A DNA stretch of 59,279 nucleotides, filler included. It is 2 parts of 2 records of this genome, joined end to end, with 100 filler letters (N's around TTAATTAATTAA, not from the genome) between each part and the next. Parts side by side here need not be neighbours in the genome. Positions count along the whole stretch, not along the records: positions 27,509 to 59,279 come from DRR378314_2379; 1 more part is not named here. One strand, given 5' to 3'. The notes under the pieces are model-generated. The model made no database searches. It was not told the origin of the DNA and worked only from the letters and a program-made list of their open reading frames with translations. The first letter of the stretch is position 1; each line of letters starts with the position of its first letter. Made by a program: the position numbers and the translations under genes. This document shows, one piece after another, positions 31,670 through 40,422 of the stretch.

Positions 31670-32655
31670 GCAAGAAACACGATGCGATTTTTGACGACGT
31701 GCTAAGCGGGCTGGACTCCCCTGCCCCGAATTCCGAACGCGCGGGTGCCCGTTTCCTGAAGCGTTCTACCTCGATTGGCGAGCGGATGACGGGTGAACGA
31801 CAGGAAAAGACCCTGCATCTGGTGGACCCTGCCCGGTGTCGCATGTGGGAACGTCACAACCGCGACTATGCGCTGCTGACCGAGGAGAATTGCCGCGATC
31901 TGATCGACGGGATCAAGGCGCAGGGCCAGCAGGAGTTTCCAGCCATTGTGCGGCGGCTGGACGGGTCGGACCACGACTTTGAGGTGATCTGTGGCGCGCG
32001 GCGGCACTATGCGGTCAGCTGGCTGCGGGCCAATAACTATCCGCAGTATCGCTATCTGGTTGAGGTGCGCGACCTGACTGATGAAGAGGCATTTCGCCTT
32101 GCCGATATCGAGAACCGCGACCGTGAAGACATCTCTGATTACGAGCGTGCGGTGGATTATGCAGAGGCGATCCGCCTCTATTACGGTGGCGCGCAAAAAG
32201 CGATGGCAGAGCGTTTAGAGGTCAGCCCGCCGTGGCTGTCGCGTTACCTTGTCTTGGCGAAAATGCCGGAGGAGATCCTGAATGCCTTCGCCAGCAAACG
32301 TGACATCCGCGAGCGTCATGCCCGTGCGTTGAAGCCGCTGCTCAGCAACCCGGAACAGGCCGCCGCGATCATGGAAGAAGCTGCATTCCTTGCCCAGACC
32401 CAAGCGCGGGCGGCATTGGGAAAAGGGGCTTATATCGACGCGCAGGATGTATTCAAGCGTTTGGTTGCTGTGGCCAAACCAAAGGCGAAAGCCGCCAAAG
32501 TGAGCAGCGGCAAGATGTATTCCCGCAGCGCCGGTGAGCGTGGCATCATGGTGAAGAAACAGGGGCGTCAGGTGCATATGGCATTTGATGCTGATCTTTC
32601 TGACGCGTGTTTGCGGGCCGCTTTTGAGAACTATCTAAAGGCGCGCAAATCGTGA
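31666..32655 (+). CDS. parB: ParB/Spo0J partition protein
   Basis: GQQEFPAIVR, ICGARRH, IENRDREDIS, HTH; ATGA-coupled to parA. Confidence 0.92.
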   Translation: MSKKHDAIFDDVLSGLDSPAPNSERAGARFLKRSTSIGERMTGERQEKTLHLVDPARCRMWERHNRDYALLTEENCRDLIDGIKAQGQQEFPAIVRRLDGSDHDFEVICGARRHYAVSWLRANNYPQYRYLVEVRDLTDEEAFRLADIENRDREDISDYERAVDYAEAIRLYYGGAQKAMAERLEVSPPWLSRYLVLAKMPEEILNAFASKRDIRERHARALKPLLSNPEQAAAIMEEAAFLAQTQARAALGKGAYIDAQDVFKRLVAVAKPKAKAAKVSSGKMYSRSAGERGIMVKKQGRQVHMAFDADLSDACLRAAFENYLKARKS

Positions 32656-32672
32656 ATTGCCCATGGGCAATT
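32655..32672. repeat. parS-like perfect palindrome, copy 1
   Basis: AATTGCCCATGGGCAATT at the parB stop. Confidence 0.8.
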
Positions 32673-32716
32673 TTGGAATAACCATTTGAAACAACGGCCT
32701 AAGAATTCGACATGCA

Positions 32717-32755
32717 AAAACGGCGCTGCCTTGTTCAATCAGGCAGCGCCGTTTT
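32717..32755. terminator. Bidirectional intrinsic terminator between parB and the ABC operon
   Basis: AAAACGGCGCTGCCT-loop-AGGCAGCGCCGTTTT. Confidence 0.85.
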
Positions 32756-32795
32756 GTGTTTTGGTTAAGTGCATGTAATAGAATGGTTTTTCGGA

Positions 32796-32813
32796 AATTG
32801 CCCATGGGCAATT
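32796..32813. repeat. parS-like perfect palindrome, copy 2
   Basis: Identical AATTGCCCATGGGCAATT, 141 bp from copy 1. Confidence 0.8.
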
Positions 32814-33607
32814 CATGTCCAGGGTTGATCCGGGTCGGGCAGGGGGATCGCCGCCAGTAGCTCTTGCGTATAGGCCGCTTTGGGGTTGTCAAACAGCGCC
32901 GCGGTTGTGCCTTCCTCAACGATCACACCGTGGTGCAGCACCAGAACGCGCGTACACAAGCGGCGAATAACCGAGAGATCATGGCTGACAAATGCCAGCG
33001 TTAGCCCCAATTCGCGCACCAGTTCTTCCAACAGATTCAGCACCTGCGCCTGCGAAGAAACATCCAGCCCCGAAACGATTTCATCGGCCAGAATGAAATC
33101 CGGGCGCAGGGCAATGGCGCGGGCGATGCCAACGCGCTGACGCTGCCCACCGGAAAGCTCATGCGGGTAACGTTCGGCAAAGCTGCGGGGCAGGCCGACC
33201 ATATCCAAGGCCTCGTTCACGCGGGCGGTCAGATTGTCCATCCCATGAAGTTTGAGCGGCCCCGCGATGATGCCGCCGACTCTGCGGCGCGGGTTCAGCG
33301 ATGACATTGGATCCTGAAAGATCATCTGAAACCGTTGCCGCATTTCGCGTAGCGTGTCTTCGGAGGTGTGGGTGATGTCGGTCCCGTCAAACAGGATGGA
33401 CCCGTCCGAGGGCTCCAGCAGGCGCAGCATGGCGCGCCCCAGCGTGGATTTCCCGGAGCCAGAGCCGCCAACAATGCCCAGTACCGCGCCCTTGGGCAGA
33501 TCGAAGCTGAGCCCCTTTAACACCTCAATGCGTGGCGCTGGACCCAGCAGAGGCTTCTTGGTCATGTCGGGAAAGGACAGCCGCAGATCGCGGATTTCAT
33601 ACATCAT
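32813..33607 (-). CDS. Peptide/nickel-type ABC ATPase (DppF-like)
   Basis: GGSGSGKST, LSGGQRQR, ILADE. Confidence 0.92.
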   Translation of the reverse strand: MMYEIRDLRLSFPDMTKKPLLGPAPRIEVLKGLSFDLPKGAVLGIVGGSGSGKSTLGRAMLRLLEPSDGSILFDGTDITHTSEDTLREMRQRFQMIFQDPMSSLNPRRRVGGIIAGPLKLHGMDNLTARVNEALDMVGLPRSFAERYPHELSGGQRQRVGIARAIALRPDFILADEIVSGLDVSSQAQVLNLLEELVRELGLTLAFVSHDLSVIRRLCTRVLVLHHGVIVEEGTTAALFDNPKAAYTQELLAAIPLPDPDQPWT

Positions 33608-34473
33608 AGTCCGGCCCTCATGTCATGTTCGCGCACTTCCTGTTCGGTGGCGTCAATCACCGCCTGAGACACTGGCGTCAGGCTGCCGGTGGGGTCCGTA
33701 TAGGTGGGTGTCGCGGCCAGCAGGGCGGCAGAGTAGGGGTGAATAGGCCGCGTGAAAAACCGCCGCATCCGGGCATCTTCGATGACCTTGCCTGCATAAA
33801 GGACCGACAGCGTGTCACAGGTTTTGGACACCACGCCAAGGTCATGGGTGACAAACAACAGGGCAGTGTTATGGCGTTGCTGCATTTCGGCGATCAGACG
33901 CAGGATCTGTTTTTGCACCGTCACATCCAGCGCCGTTGTTGGTTCATCCGCGATGATCAGCTTGGGTTCAGCGGCAAAGGCAGAGGCAATCAGAATACGC
34001 TGCCGCATCCCACCGGATAGCTCGTGCGGATAGCTTTGCATCACGCGTTTTGGTTCCGGGATATGCACCTCCCCCAACAGCTCAATCGCGCGGGCTTCTG
34101 CCGCGGATTTTTGCCAGCCAAGGATGTCTACCAGCCGCCGTGTGATTTGTGGACCGATGCGTTTGGAAGGATTCAGCGCGGTTAGCGGATCCTGTGGGAT
34201 CAACGCGGCTTTTGCTCCGATAACCTTGCGCCGCTGCGCCGCAGGCAGGGTGTTCAGGTTCACACCATCCAGCCAGATTTCACCCGATGTGACCTGCAAG
34301 GCGCGGGGCAGGGTGCCCAGCACCGCCTTACCAATCATTGACTTGCCTGCCCCTGACTCCCCCACCAGTCCATGTACCTGCCCCGCTGTGACGTTGAGCG
34401 AAACAGAACGCAGGATCGGTATGCCGGCTTTCAAGCGCACATTCAGGTTCTTGATTTGCAGAAAACTAGTCAT
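33604..34473 (-). CDS. Peptide/nickel-type ABC ATPase (DppD-like)
   Basis: GESGAGKS, LSGGMRQR, ADEPTTALDVTVQ. Confidence 0.92.
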   Translation of the reverse strand: MTSFLQIKNLNVRLKAGIPILRSVSLNVTAGQVHGLVGESGAGKSMIGKAVLGTLPRALQVTSGEIWLDGVNLNTLPAAQRRKVIGAKAALIPQDPLTALNPSKRIGPQITRRLVDILGWQKSAAEARAIELLGEVHIPEPKRVMQSYPHELSGGMRQRILIASAFAAEPKLIIADEPTTALDVTVQKQILRLIAEMQQRHNTALLFVTHDLGVVSKTCDTLSVLYAGKVIEDARMRRFFTRPIHPYSAALLAATPTYTDPTGSLTPVSQAVIDATEQEVREHDMRAGL

Positions 34474-35321
34474 CGCAGCACCGGATCAAAGCGGTCTTTC
34501 AACCCTTCGCCAAGTTGGCTGAAACTGAGGACTGTCAGGAACAGCGTGATCAGGGGAAACACCAGTACCCACCAGGCTTGATGCACCGAGGTGCGCCCCT
34601 CGGCGATCATGCCACCCCATGTCGGGCTGTCGGTCGAGATGGACAGGTTTACGAAGCTCAGGATCGCCTCGACGATGACAGCAATCCCCATTTCCAGCGT
34701 CAGCAGGGCCACGATGGTAGGCAGTACATTGGGCAGGATTTCTGTCAGCATTGTGCCAAAACGTGTCCGTCCGGCAACCTGCGCGGAGGCGACATAATCC
34801 ATCGCGCCCTGTGACATTGCCTCGGCGCGGATCACGCGGGCGAAACGGGTCCAGTCGATCACAACAATGGCGATGATGATCGAGATCAGGCCGGGCCCAA
34901 GAACCGCAATAAGAAGGATGGCGAAGAGCACCGGAGGGAAGGCCATCCAGATGTCGACAAAGCGGCTGATGATCCGGTCGGGCCAGCCGCGGTAATATCC
35001 GGCAATCAACCCCAGCGTTGCGCCGACAAGGCAGGTCAGGCTGCCTGCGACAAATGCCACGATGAGAGCCAAACGCGCCCCATAGAGTATGCGGCTAAGG
35101 ACATCGCGGCCCAGCGAGTCAGTGCCGAGCAGATATCCCGGTTCTGCACCCGCCATCCAGAATGGGGGCATGCGTCCAAGGAAAAGGTCCTGCACCAACG
35201 GGTCCTTGGGGGCGATGAGCGGCGCAGAGAGGGCCGCCAGCAGCAAAAGCGCAAGCCAGCCCCCAGAGAGCCACAGGCGCAGCCCGATGGGGCGGGTAAC
35301 GTCGCCGCGCGCATCACGCAT
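34470..35321 (-). CDS. ABC permease (DppC-like)
   Basis: LGTDSLGRDVLSR, EAA-like loop, PTWGGMI. Confidence 0.92.
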   Translation of the reverse strand: MRDARGDVTRPIGLRLWLSGGWLALLLLAALSAPLIAPKDPLVQDLFLGRMPPFWMAGAEPGYLLGTDSLGRDVLSRILYGARLALIVAFVAGSLTCLVGATLGLIAGYYRGWPDRIISRFVDIWMAFPPVLFAILLIAVLGPGLISIIIAIVVIDWTRFARVIRAEAMSQGAMDYVASAQVAGRTRFGTMLTEILPNVLPTIVALLTLEMGIAVIVEAILSFVNLSISTDSPTWGGMIAEGRTSVHQAWWVLVFPLITLFLTVLSFSQLGEGLKDRFDPVLR

Positions 35322-36324
35322 GGCGCAGCTTTGGATTTAGCAAGACGTAAAGCATATCAACAACCAGATTCACGATGGTAAAAAGCAGGGCAAAGAGGAT
35401 CACAATGCCCTGTATCAGCGGCAGGTCGCGGTTGATCACCGCGTCGATGGCCATATTGCCAAGACCCTCATAGCTGAACAGACGTTCAATGATCACGGTG
35501 CCGCCAATCAGAAAGGTAAATTGCACCCCCACAAGCGTCAGCGTCGGTAGGATCGCATTTGGCAATGCCTCGCGCGTGATCACATGATTCTCGCCATAGC
35601 CCTTGGTGCGCGAGAGCGTCACATAATCAAGGTGCATGGTTTCCTTTAGAGACTGTTTTAAAAGCTGCGCGATGATCGCGGCCAGCGGGATGGCCAGGGC
35701 AAGCGCAGGCATGAACATATGGCCAACAAGATCGGCCAATACGTCAAAACGTAAACGTGCCAGCGCCTCGAACAGGTAAAAGTTCGTGGAAAAGTCGATG
35801 TTTAGCGCCGGTGAGATCCGGCCCGAGATGTGAAATACCGGCCAAAGCACCCCAAAAAGTAAGATTAACACCAGACCCCAAAGGAAATCGGGGATGGAAA
35901 GTGCCATGCCGGCGCTGACATCCACCGCTGCTTCGCCTTTGGTATCGCGAAACCTTGTGCCCATCAGTGCCATCGCCCCGCCGATCAGCACGGCAATGGT
36001 CAGGGCCACAATGGACAGTTCCAAAGTGGCGGGCAGGCGGCTGAGGACCAGACCGGCGACAGGCTGGCGGGTTGAAATCGAGGTGCCGAAATCCCCCTGC
36101 ATCACACCAGAAAGCCAGATCACGAATTGCTGGAAAATGGATTTGTCGAACCCGTATTGTGCCTGCAATCGTGCAATGTCTGCATCGGTCGCACCGGGGG
36201 GCAGCATCATGGCGATGGGGTTGCCCGGGACAACGCGGATCACCACAAAAACAATCACTGCAACGCCAAACAGGGTCACAGCTGTGGTCAGCAGCCGGAT
36301 TAGTATATTTCTGAGAACTGTCAT
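35314..36324 (-). CDS. ABC permease (DppB-like)
   Basis: PGNP, GDFGTS, RLPATLEL, NRDLPLIQG. Confidence 0.92.
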   Translation of the reverse strand: MTVLRNILIRLLTTAVTLFGVAVIVFVVIRVVPGNPIAMMLPPGATDADIARLQAQYGFDKSIFQQFVIWLSGVMQGDFGTSISTRQPVAGLVLSRLPATLELSIVALTIAVLIGGAMALMGTRFRDTKGEAAVDVSAGMALSIPDFLWGLVLILLFGVLWPVFHISGRISPALNIDFSTNFYLFEALARLRFDVLADLVGHMFMPALALAIPLAAIIAQLLKQSLKETMHLDYVTLSRTKGYGENHVITREALPNAILPTLTLVGVQFTFLIGGTVIIERLFSYEGLGNMAIDAVINRDLPLIQGIVILFALLFTIVNLVVDMLYVLLNPKLRHA

Positions 36325-36335
36325 GGAGCCCCGTC

Positions 36336-36370
36336 AAAAAAGGGCGGGGCTGGTGTTGTACAGCCCCGCC
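36336..36370 (-). terminator. Hairpin/terminator after the solute-binding protein gene
   Basis: Minus strand GGCGGGGCTG-N8-CAGCCCCGCC-CTTTTTT. Confidence 0.75.
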
Positions 36371-36388
36371 AGTCACAGGAAGATCAGT

Positions 36389-37915
36389 TTATGAACGGGT
36401 CATCAGATGCGGCAGCAATGCACCCGAGCGATGCGGCATCACGGTGACCCCGGCCGCATGCACGATGGGCTGTACATATTGCAGCAGCGGAATGACCTCG
36501 GCGTTTTCGGCAATGCTGCGGTCCACCTCTTTCCAGCCTGCAATGCGCTTGTCTTCATCGGCCTCACCCCACAGCGGCAGGATCTTGTTAAATGTCGCCT
36601 CGCCGTCCCAGACCGAATGCGGTGAGGGGCCAAACATGGCAAAACCGGTTGAGGTTGTCGGATCACCCACCGAGTTGCCCCAGTTGTAAAAGGCCGCAGG
36701 GGCCAGTTGATCCGCGGCGCGCAGCTCAAAGTGTTTGGCGATTTCATAGACTTCAATCTCGGCCTCGATACCAACCTTGCGCCACAGCCCGACAATGGCC
36801 TGCACCATTTCGTAATCCTTGGGTTTGAACCCTTTGGTGGTCTGGATTTTGAACTTCACCGGATTGTCAGTGCTATAGCCACTTTCGGCCAGCAGCTTCT
36901 TGGACAGCTCCGGGTCGTAGGCAACCGTGATACTGTCATCAAAGGCCACGTAATCCGGTGTTTGCAGGGTGTCGATTGGCACGCCGTAGCCGGACAACAG
37001 ACGGGCAACGATCAATTGCTTGTCAATCGCATGTGCAGCCGCTTTGCGCACGTTAGGGTCTGTCATCACCTCGATATCGTTCAGGAAAATCATCCCGATG
37101 TCAGAGATTGGTTCGGCCAGCCCCTCCAGCCCGTCCTTGGCTTTCAGGCGGTCAAATTCCTCGTAAGGGATTTCCAGCGTGACATGGGAGTTGCCGGATT
37201 CCACCTCGGCCACACGTGACGCCGCATCGGTCACAAATTTGATGGTGACGGTTTTGAATTCCGGCGCGCCACCCCAGTAGTTTTCATTGGCCTTGAGGCG
37301 CACAAAAGCGTTGCGTTCGAATTTCTCGACCATATAGGGGCCTGTGCCGATCGGGGCCGCCTCAAACCCTTCAGCGCCCACTTCCTCATAGTATTTCTTC
37401 GGCATCACATAGCCGGTCAGGAAGGACATCCATTTAAAGAAGGTTGGTTCAAATTCCGGCATATCCGCGGTTACGCGGTTCCCGTCTGCCTTGATATTGG
37501 TAATCTTGCCCCAGATGAACTGGATCGGGCTGCCGGTGTCCGGGTTGGCAACACGGGCCAGTGACCATGCAACATCTTCTGCCGTCAAAGGATCGCCATT
37601 GTGCCATGTGACGCCTTCGCGCACATCCATCCAGATGGATTTATTCCCCTCACCCCAGCCATAGTCGGTGATGATGCCAGAGCCAAATGTCAAATCGGGG
37701 TTTTGTGGAATGAACAGATCAAACACCGATTGATAGAACCCTTGAATGGTCGGGTTCACCGCAGACAGGCCCACGGTTGGGTCCCAGCTGGGCAGGTTGA
37801 CGTTATAGGCGATGACCAATTCGTCGATTGCCTGGGCAAAGGTCGGCAGGCCAACGGTGGCAAATGCCGCAGCGGCGGCAGTGGTTTTCAAAAGGCTTCT
37901 TCTGGACAGTTTCAT
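36389..37915 (-). CDS. ABC solute-binding protein, family 5, Tat-exported
   Basis: SRRSLLK twin-arginine signal; VREGVTWHNG, PIGTGPY. Confidence 0.92.
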   Translation of the reverse strand: MKLSRRSLLKTTAAAAAFATVGLPTFAQAIDELVIAYNVNLPSWDPTVGLSAVNPTIQGFYQSVFDLFIPQNPDLTFGSGIITDYGWGEGNKSIWMDVREGVTWHNGDPLTAEDVAWSLARVANPDTGSPIQFIWGKITNIKADGNRVTADMPEFEPTFFKWMSFLTGYVMPKKYYEEVGAEGFEAAPIGTGPYMVEKFERNAFVRLKANENYWGGAPEFKTVTIKFVTDAASRVAEVESGNSHVTLEIPYEEFDRLKAKDGLEGLAEPISDIGMIFLNDIEVMTDPNVRKAAAHAIDKQLIVARLLSGYGVPIDTLQTPDYVAFDDSITVAYDPELSKKLLAESGYSTDNPVKFKIQTTKGFKPKDYEMVQAIVGLWRKVGIEAEIEVYEIAKHFELRAADQLAPAAFYNWGNSVGDPTTSTGFAMFGPSPHSVWDGEATFNKILPLWGEADEDKRIAGWKEVDRSIAENAEVIPLLQYVQPIVHAAGVTVMPHRSGALLPHLMTRS

Positions 37916-37947
37916 CTGGATTCTCCCTTATCCGTTTCTGATTTTGT

Positions 37948-39516
37948 TCAACTTCCGGCTAATTTCTTGGCAAGCAGCGTCCCCGATCCTGCGCCTGTGC
38001 CCGCACCGGGCCAGACGGCGGCCCCGGTGTGGTAAAGATTTCTTAAAGGTGTGGTCCCGTCGGCATATCCACGTGCGGGACGGTTCATAAAATGTTGGTG
38101 CAAATGATGGCTGCCGCAGACCTGATCCCCGCCCACAAGGTTGGGGTTGTCGGCCTCCAGCATGTCGGGTGTGACGATATGTTGGCCAAGGATCTTGTTG
38201 CGTGTTCCCGGCGCGTAGCGTTCCAGAATATCAAGCGCGCGATTGGCAAAAGGTTTTGCTGCGTCCTGCCAGTTTTTGTCAGCAATGGTGCCGCCAGCGT
38301 CACCTTTGATCTGGCCCGGTGCCATACGCACCTGCAACCACAGTACATGTTTGCCCGCCGGGGCGCGTGAGGGGTCAACCACTGAGGGCTGACCACAGAC
38401 AATCACCGGTTCATCAGGCAGCAGACCCGCCTTGGCCTGCGCATAGGTGCGCGCCATTTGGTCAACCGACAGGGCAATATGCACATAGGCAAACCGTTTG
38501 AGTTCCGGCGCGGTCCAGTCGGGCAGGGCGTCCATGGCAAGATGGATCATCATGGTGCCAGGCGCGTGCTGATATTGCGCCATCGCGCTGTCATGACGTG
38601 AGTCGTCAGTGCCGCCGGTCAGCTTGAGCAGCGCAGCAGGCGAGACATTGGCGATCACCGCTTTTTCCGCTTCGATCAATTTGCCGTCTTTCAGAATGAT
38701 GCCAAAGGCACGACCGGCGGCGTGTTTGATACCTGTCACCTTGGCATTGCAATGCACCGACCCGCCGCGCGCTTCGATCATACGGACCATGGCATTGGTC
38801 ATCGTGTCCGCTCCGCCCTGTCCCAACACCATGCCAAAGGCCTGACCAGCCATCGCTTCGAGATAGGGGAACACCGCGCCGCCGGCGATGTCGGGCGCGA
38901 AATCAAGGTGCATGCCCCATGCGGCAAGGGTTGCTTTCACGTGGTCGGATTCGAAGGTCTGATCCAGCCATGCGCGGGGCGACATCATCAAGAATCGGGC
39001 AAGATCAAGGGTGCCGCCGGACCCTTGTTTGCGCCATGTCTTCCAACCCAGCGTTGAAATGGCCCGCAGGTTCATTGGTGACCCAAGCACGGCAAAAACC
39101 GATTCGGCTGTGTCGGGGAATTGACGGGTCAATTCGGTCCAGGCGTCGGCATCAGCTTTCGAAAACCCGCGCACCCTCGCGGTTGTCAGATCCGCGTCCT
39201 TGGAGATGCCCAACCAACGCCCATCCGGAAAGACCGAAGCAAAGGGATTGCCCGTTGGCGCAAAGCCCAACCCGTGTTTGGCGAGTTCTTCAGCGTTTTC
39301 AGTATGAAAGGCGGATCCGGCAAACAAGGACAGGTTCATCGCAGCCCAGTCATGGCGAAATCCCGGCAATGTATATGCACCGGTTTTTACTGCGCCGCCG
39401 GGCTGATCAGCCTGTTCGTATACGGCAACTTTCCAGCCGCGTGCGGATAAATGGCACGCACAGGCCAGTGAATTATGACCCGCTCCGATGATGACTGCGT
39501 CTGGCTTGATCGACAT
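37948..39516 (-). CDS. Phytoene-desaturase-like FAD oxidoreductase A
   Basis: IIGAGHNSL Rossmann motif, GGAVKT, NPNLVGGD, TGAAVWPGAG. Confidence 0.85.
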   Translation of the reverse strand: MSIKPDAVIIGAGHNSLACACHLSARGWKVAVYEQADQPGGAVKTGAYTLPGFRHDWAAMNLSLFAGSAFHTENAEELAKHGLGFAPTGNPFASVFPDGRWLGISKDADLTTARVRGFSKADADAWTELTRQFPDTAESVFAVLGSPMNLRAISTLGWKTWRKQGSGGTLDLARFLMMSPRAWLDQTFESDHVKATLAAWGMHLDFAPDIAGGAVFPYLEAMAGQAFGMVLGQGGADTMTNAMVRMIEARGGSVHCNAKVTGIKHAAGRAFGIILKDGKLIEAEKAVIANVSPAALLKLTGGTDDSRHDSAMAQYQHAPGTMMIHLAMDALPDWTAPELKRFAYVHIALSVDQMARTYAQAKAGLLPDEPVIVCGQPSVVDPSRAPAGKHVLWLQVRMAPGQIKGDAGGTIADKNWQDAAKPFANRALDILERYAPGTRNKILGQHIVTPDMLEADNPNLVGGDQVCGSHHLHQHFMNRPARGYADGTTPLRNLYHTGAAVWPGAGTGAGSGTLLAKKLAGS

Positions 39517-39542
39517 CTTTCTTGCATCCCCCGTGACAAGAT

Positions 39543-39562
39543 AATTGCAAACGCATGTAATT
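39543..39562. promoter_or_regulatory. Imperfect inverted repeat, candidate MarR operator in the divergent promoter
   Basis: AATTGCA-AACGCA-TGTAATT in the 110-bp intergenic region. Confidence 0.45.
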
Positions 39563-39626
39563 TTGTCTAGCTTTGATTCAGGATGCAACTGCGAGGCGAA
39601 CTCGCACATTTCAGGGGGAGAATGAA

Positions 39627-40418
39627 ATGAATGGATCAGATGTAGTGGGAAATCTGGGGGCGATGCTGCTCTCTGGTGGGGTTGAGGTTGTTGACCTGAC
39701 AGGCGTTTTGGGACCGGAAACGCCGATCATTCAACTGCCTGCGGATTTCGCCAAGGCCACACCAAAGGTCGAGATTCACAAGATCAGTGAATATGACAAT
39801 GACGGCCCGTTTTTTGCATGGAACTGGATGGTGCTGGGCGAACATTCCGGCACACATTTTGATGCGCCGCATCATTGGATCACCGGCAAGGATCACGCGG
39901 ACGGGTATACTGACAAGCTGGATGTTCAGCGGTTGGTGGCCCCGGTGAACGTGATCGATTGTTCCGAAGAAAGCGCCAAGAACGAGGATTTCCTGTTGAC
40001 CGCTGATGGCGTGAAAGCATGGGAAAAAGAACACGGCGAGATTGGTGAAGGCGAATGGGTGGTGATGCGCACCGACTGGGATTCGCGTGTGGAGGATGAA
40101 GGGAAATTCCTGAATGCGGATGAGAATGGCCCGCATTCCCCCGGTCCAACACCGGATTGCATTGAATATCTGTTGAGCAAAAAGATCGTTGGCTGGGGCA
40201 CGCAATGTATCGGCACCGATGCGGGGCAGGCCGGTGGGATGGAACCGCCTTATCCGGCGCATAACCTGTTGCACCGCGACAATTGCTTTGGGCTGGCCTC
40301 TTTGACCAACCTGTCGAAACTGCCGGCCAAAGGTGCGGTGTTGATTGCCGCCCCTTTGAAGATCAAGGATGGCACCGGTTCACCCATCCGGGCGCTGGCT
40401 TTGGTTCCCAAGGCCTAA
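39627..40418 (+). CDS. Cyclase-family metal hydrolase (isatin hydrolase/kynurenine formamidase-like)
   Basis: GEHSGTHFDAPHHW metal motif, GTDAGQ, PAH, GTGSPIRALA. Confidence 0.85.
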   Translation: MNGSDVVGNLGAMLLSGGVEVVDLTGVLGPETPIIQLPADFAKATPKVEIHKISEYDNDGPFFAWNWMVLGEHSGTHFDAPHHWITGKDHADGYTDKLDVQRLVAPVNVIDCSEESAKNEDFLLTADGVKAWEKEHGEIGEGEWVVMRTDWDSRVEDEGKFLNADENGPHSPGPTPDCIEYLLSKKIVGWGTQCIGTDAGQAGGMEPPYPAHNLLHRDNCFGLASLTNLSKLPAKGAVLIAAPLKIKDGTGSPIRALALVPKA

Positions 40419-40422
40419 GCCG

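Noticed and set aside
28849-32655. repABC-type replicon
   Set aside because: No repC follows parAB; the initiator is a divergent Rep_3-type gene.
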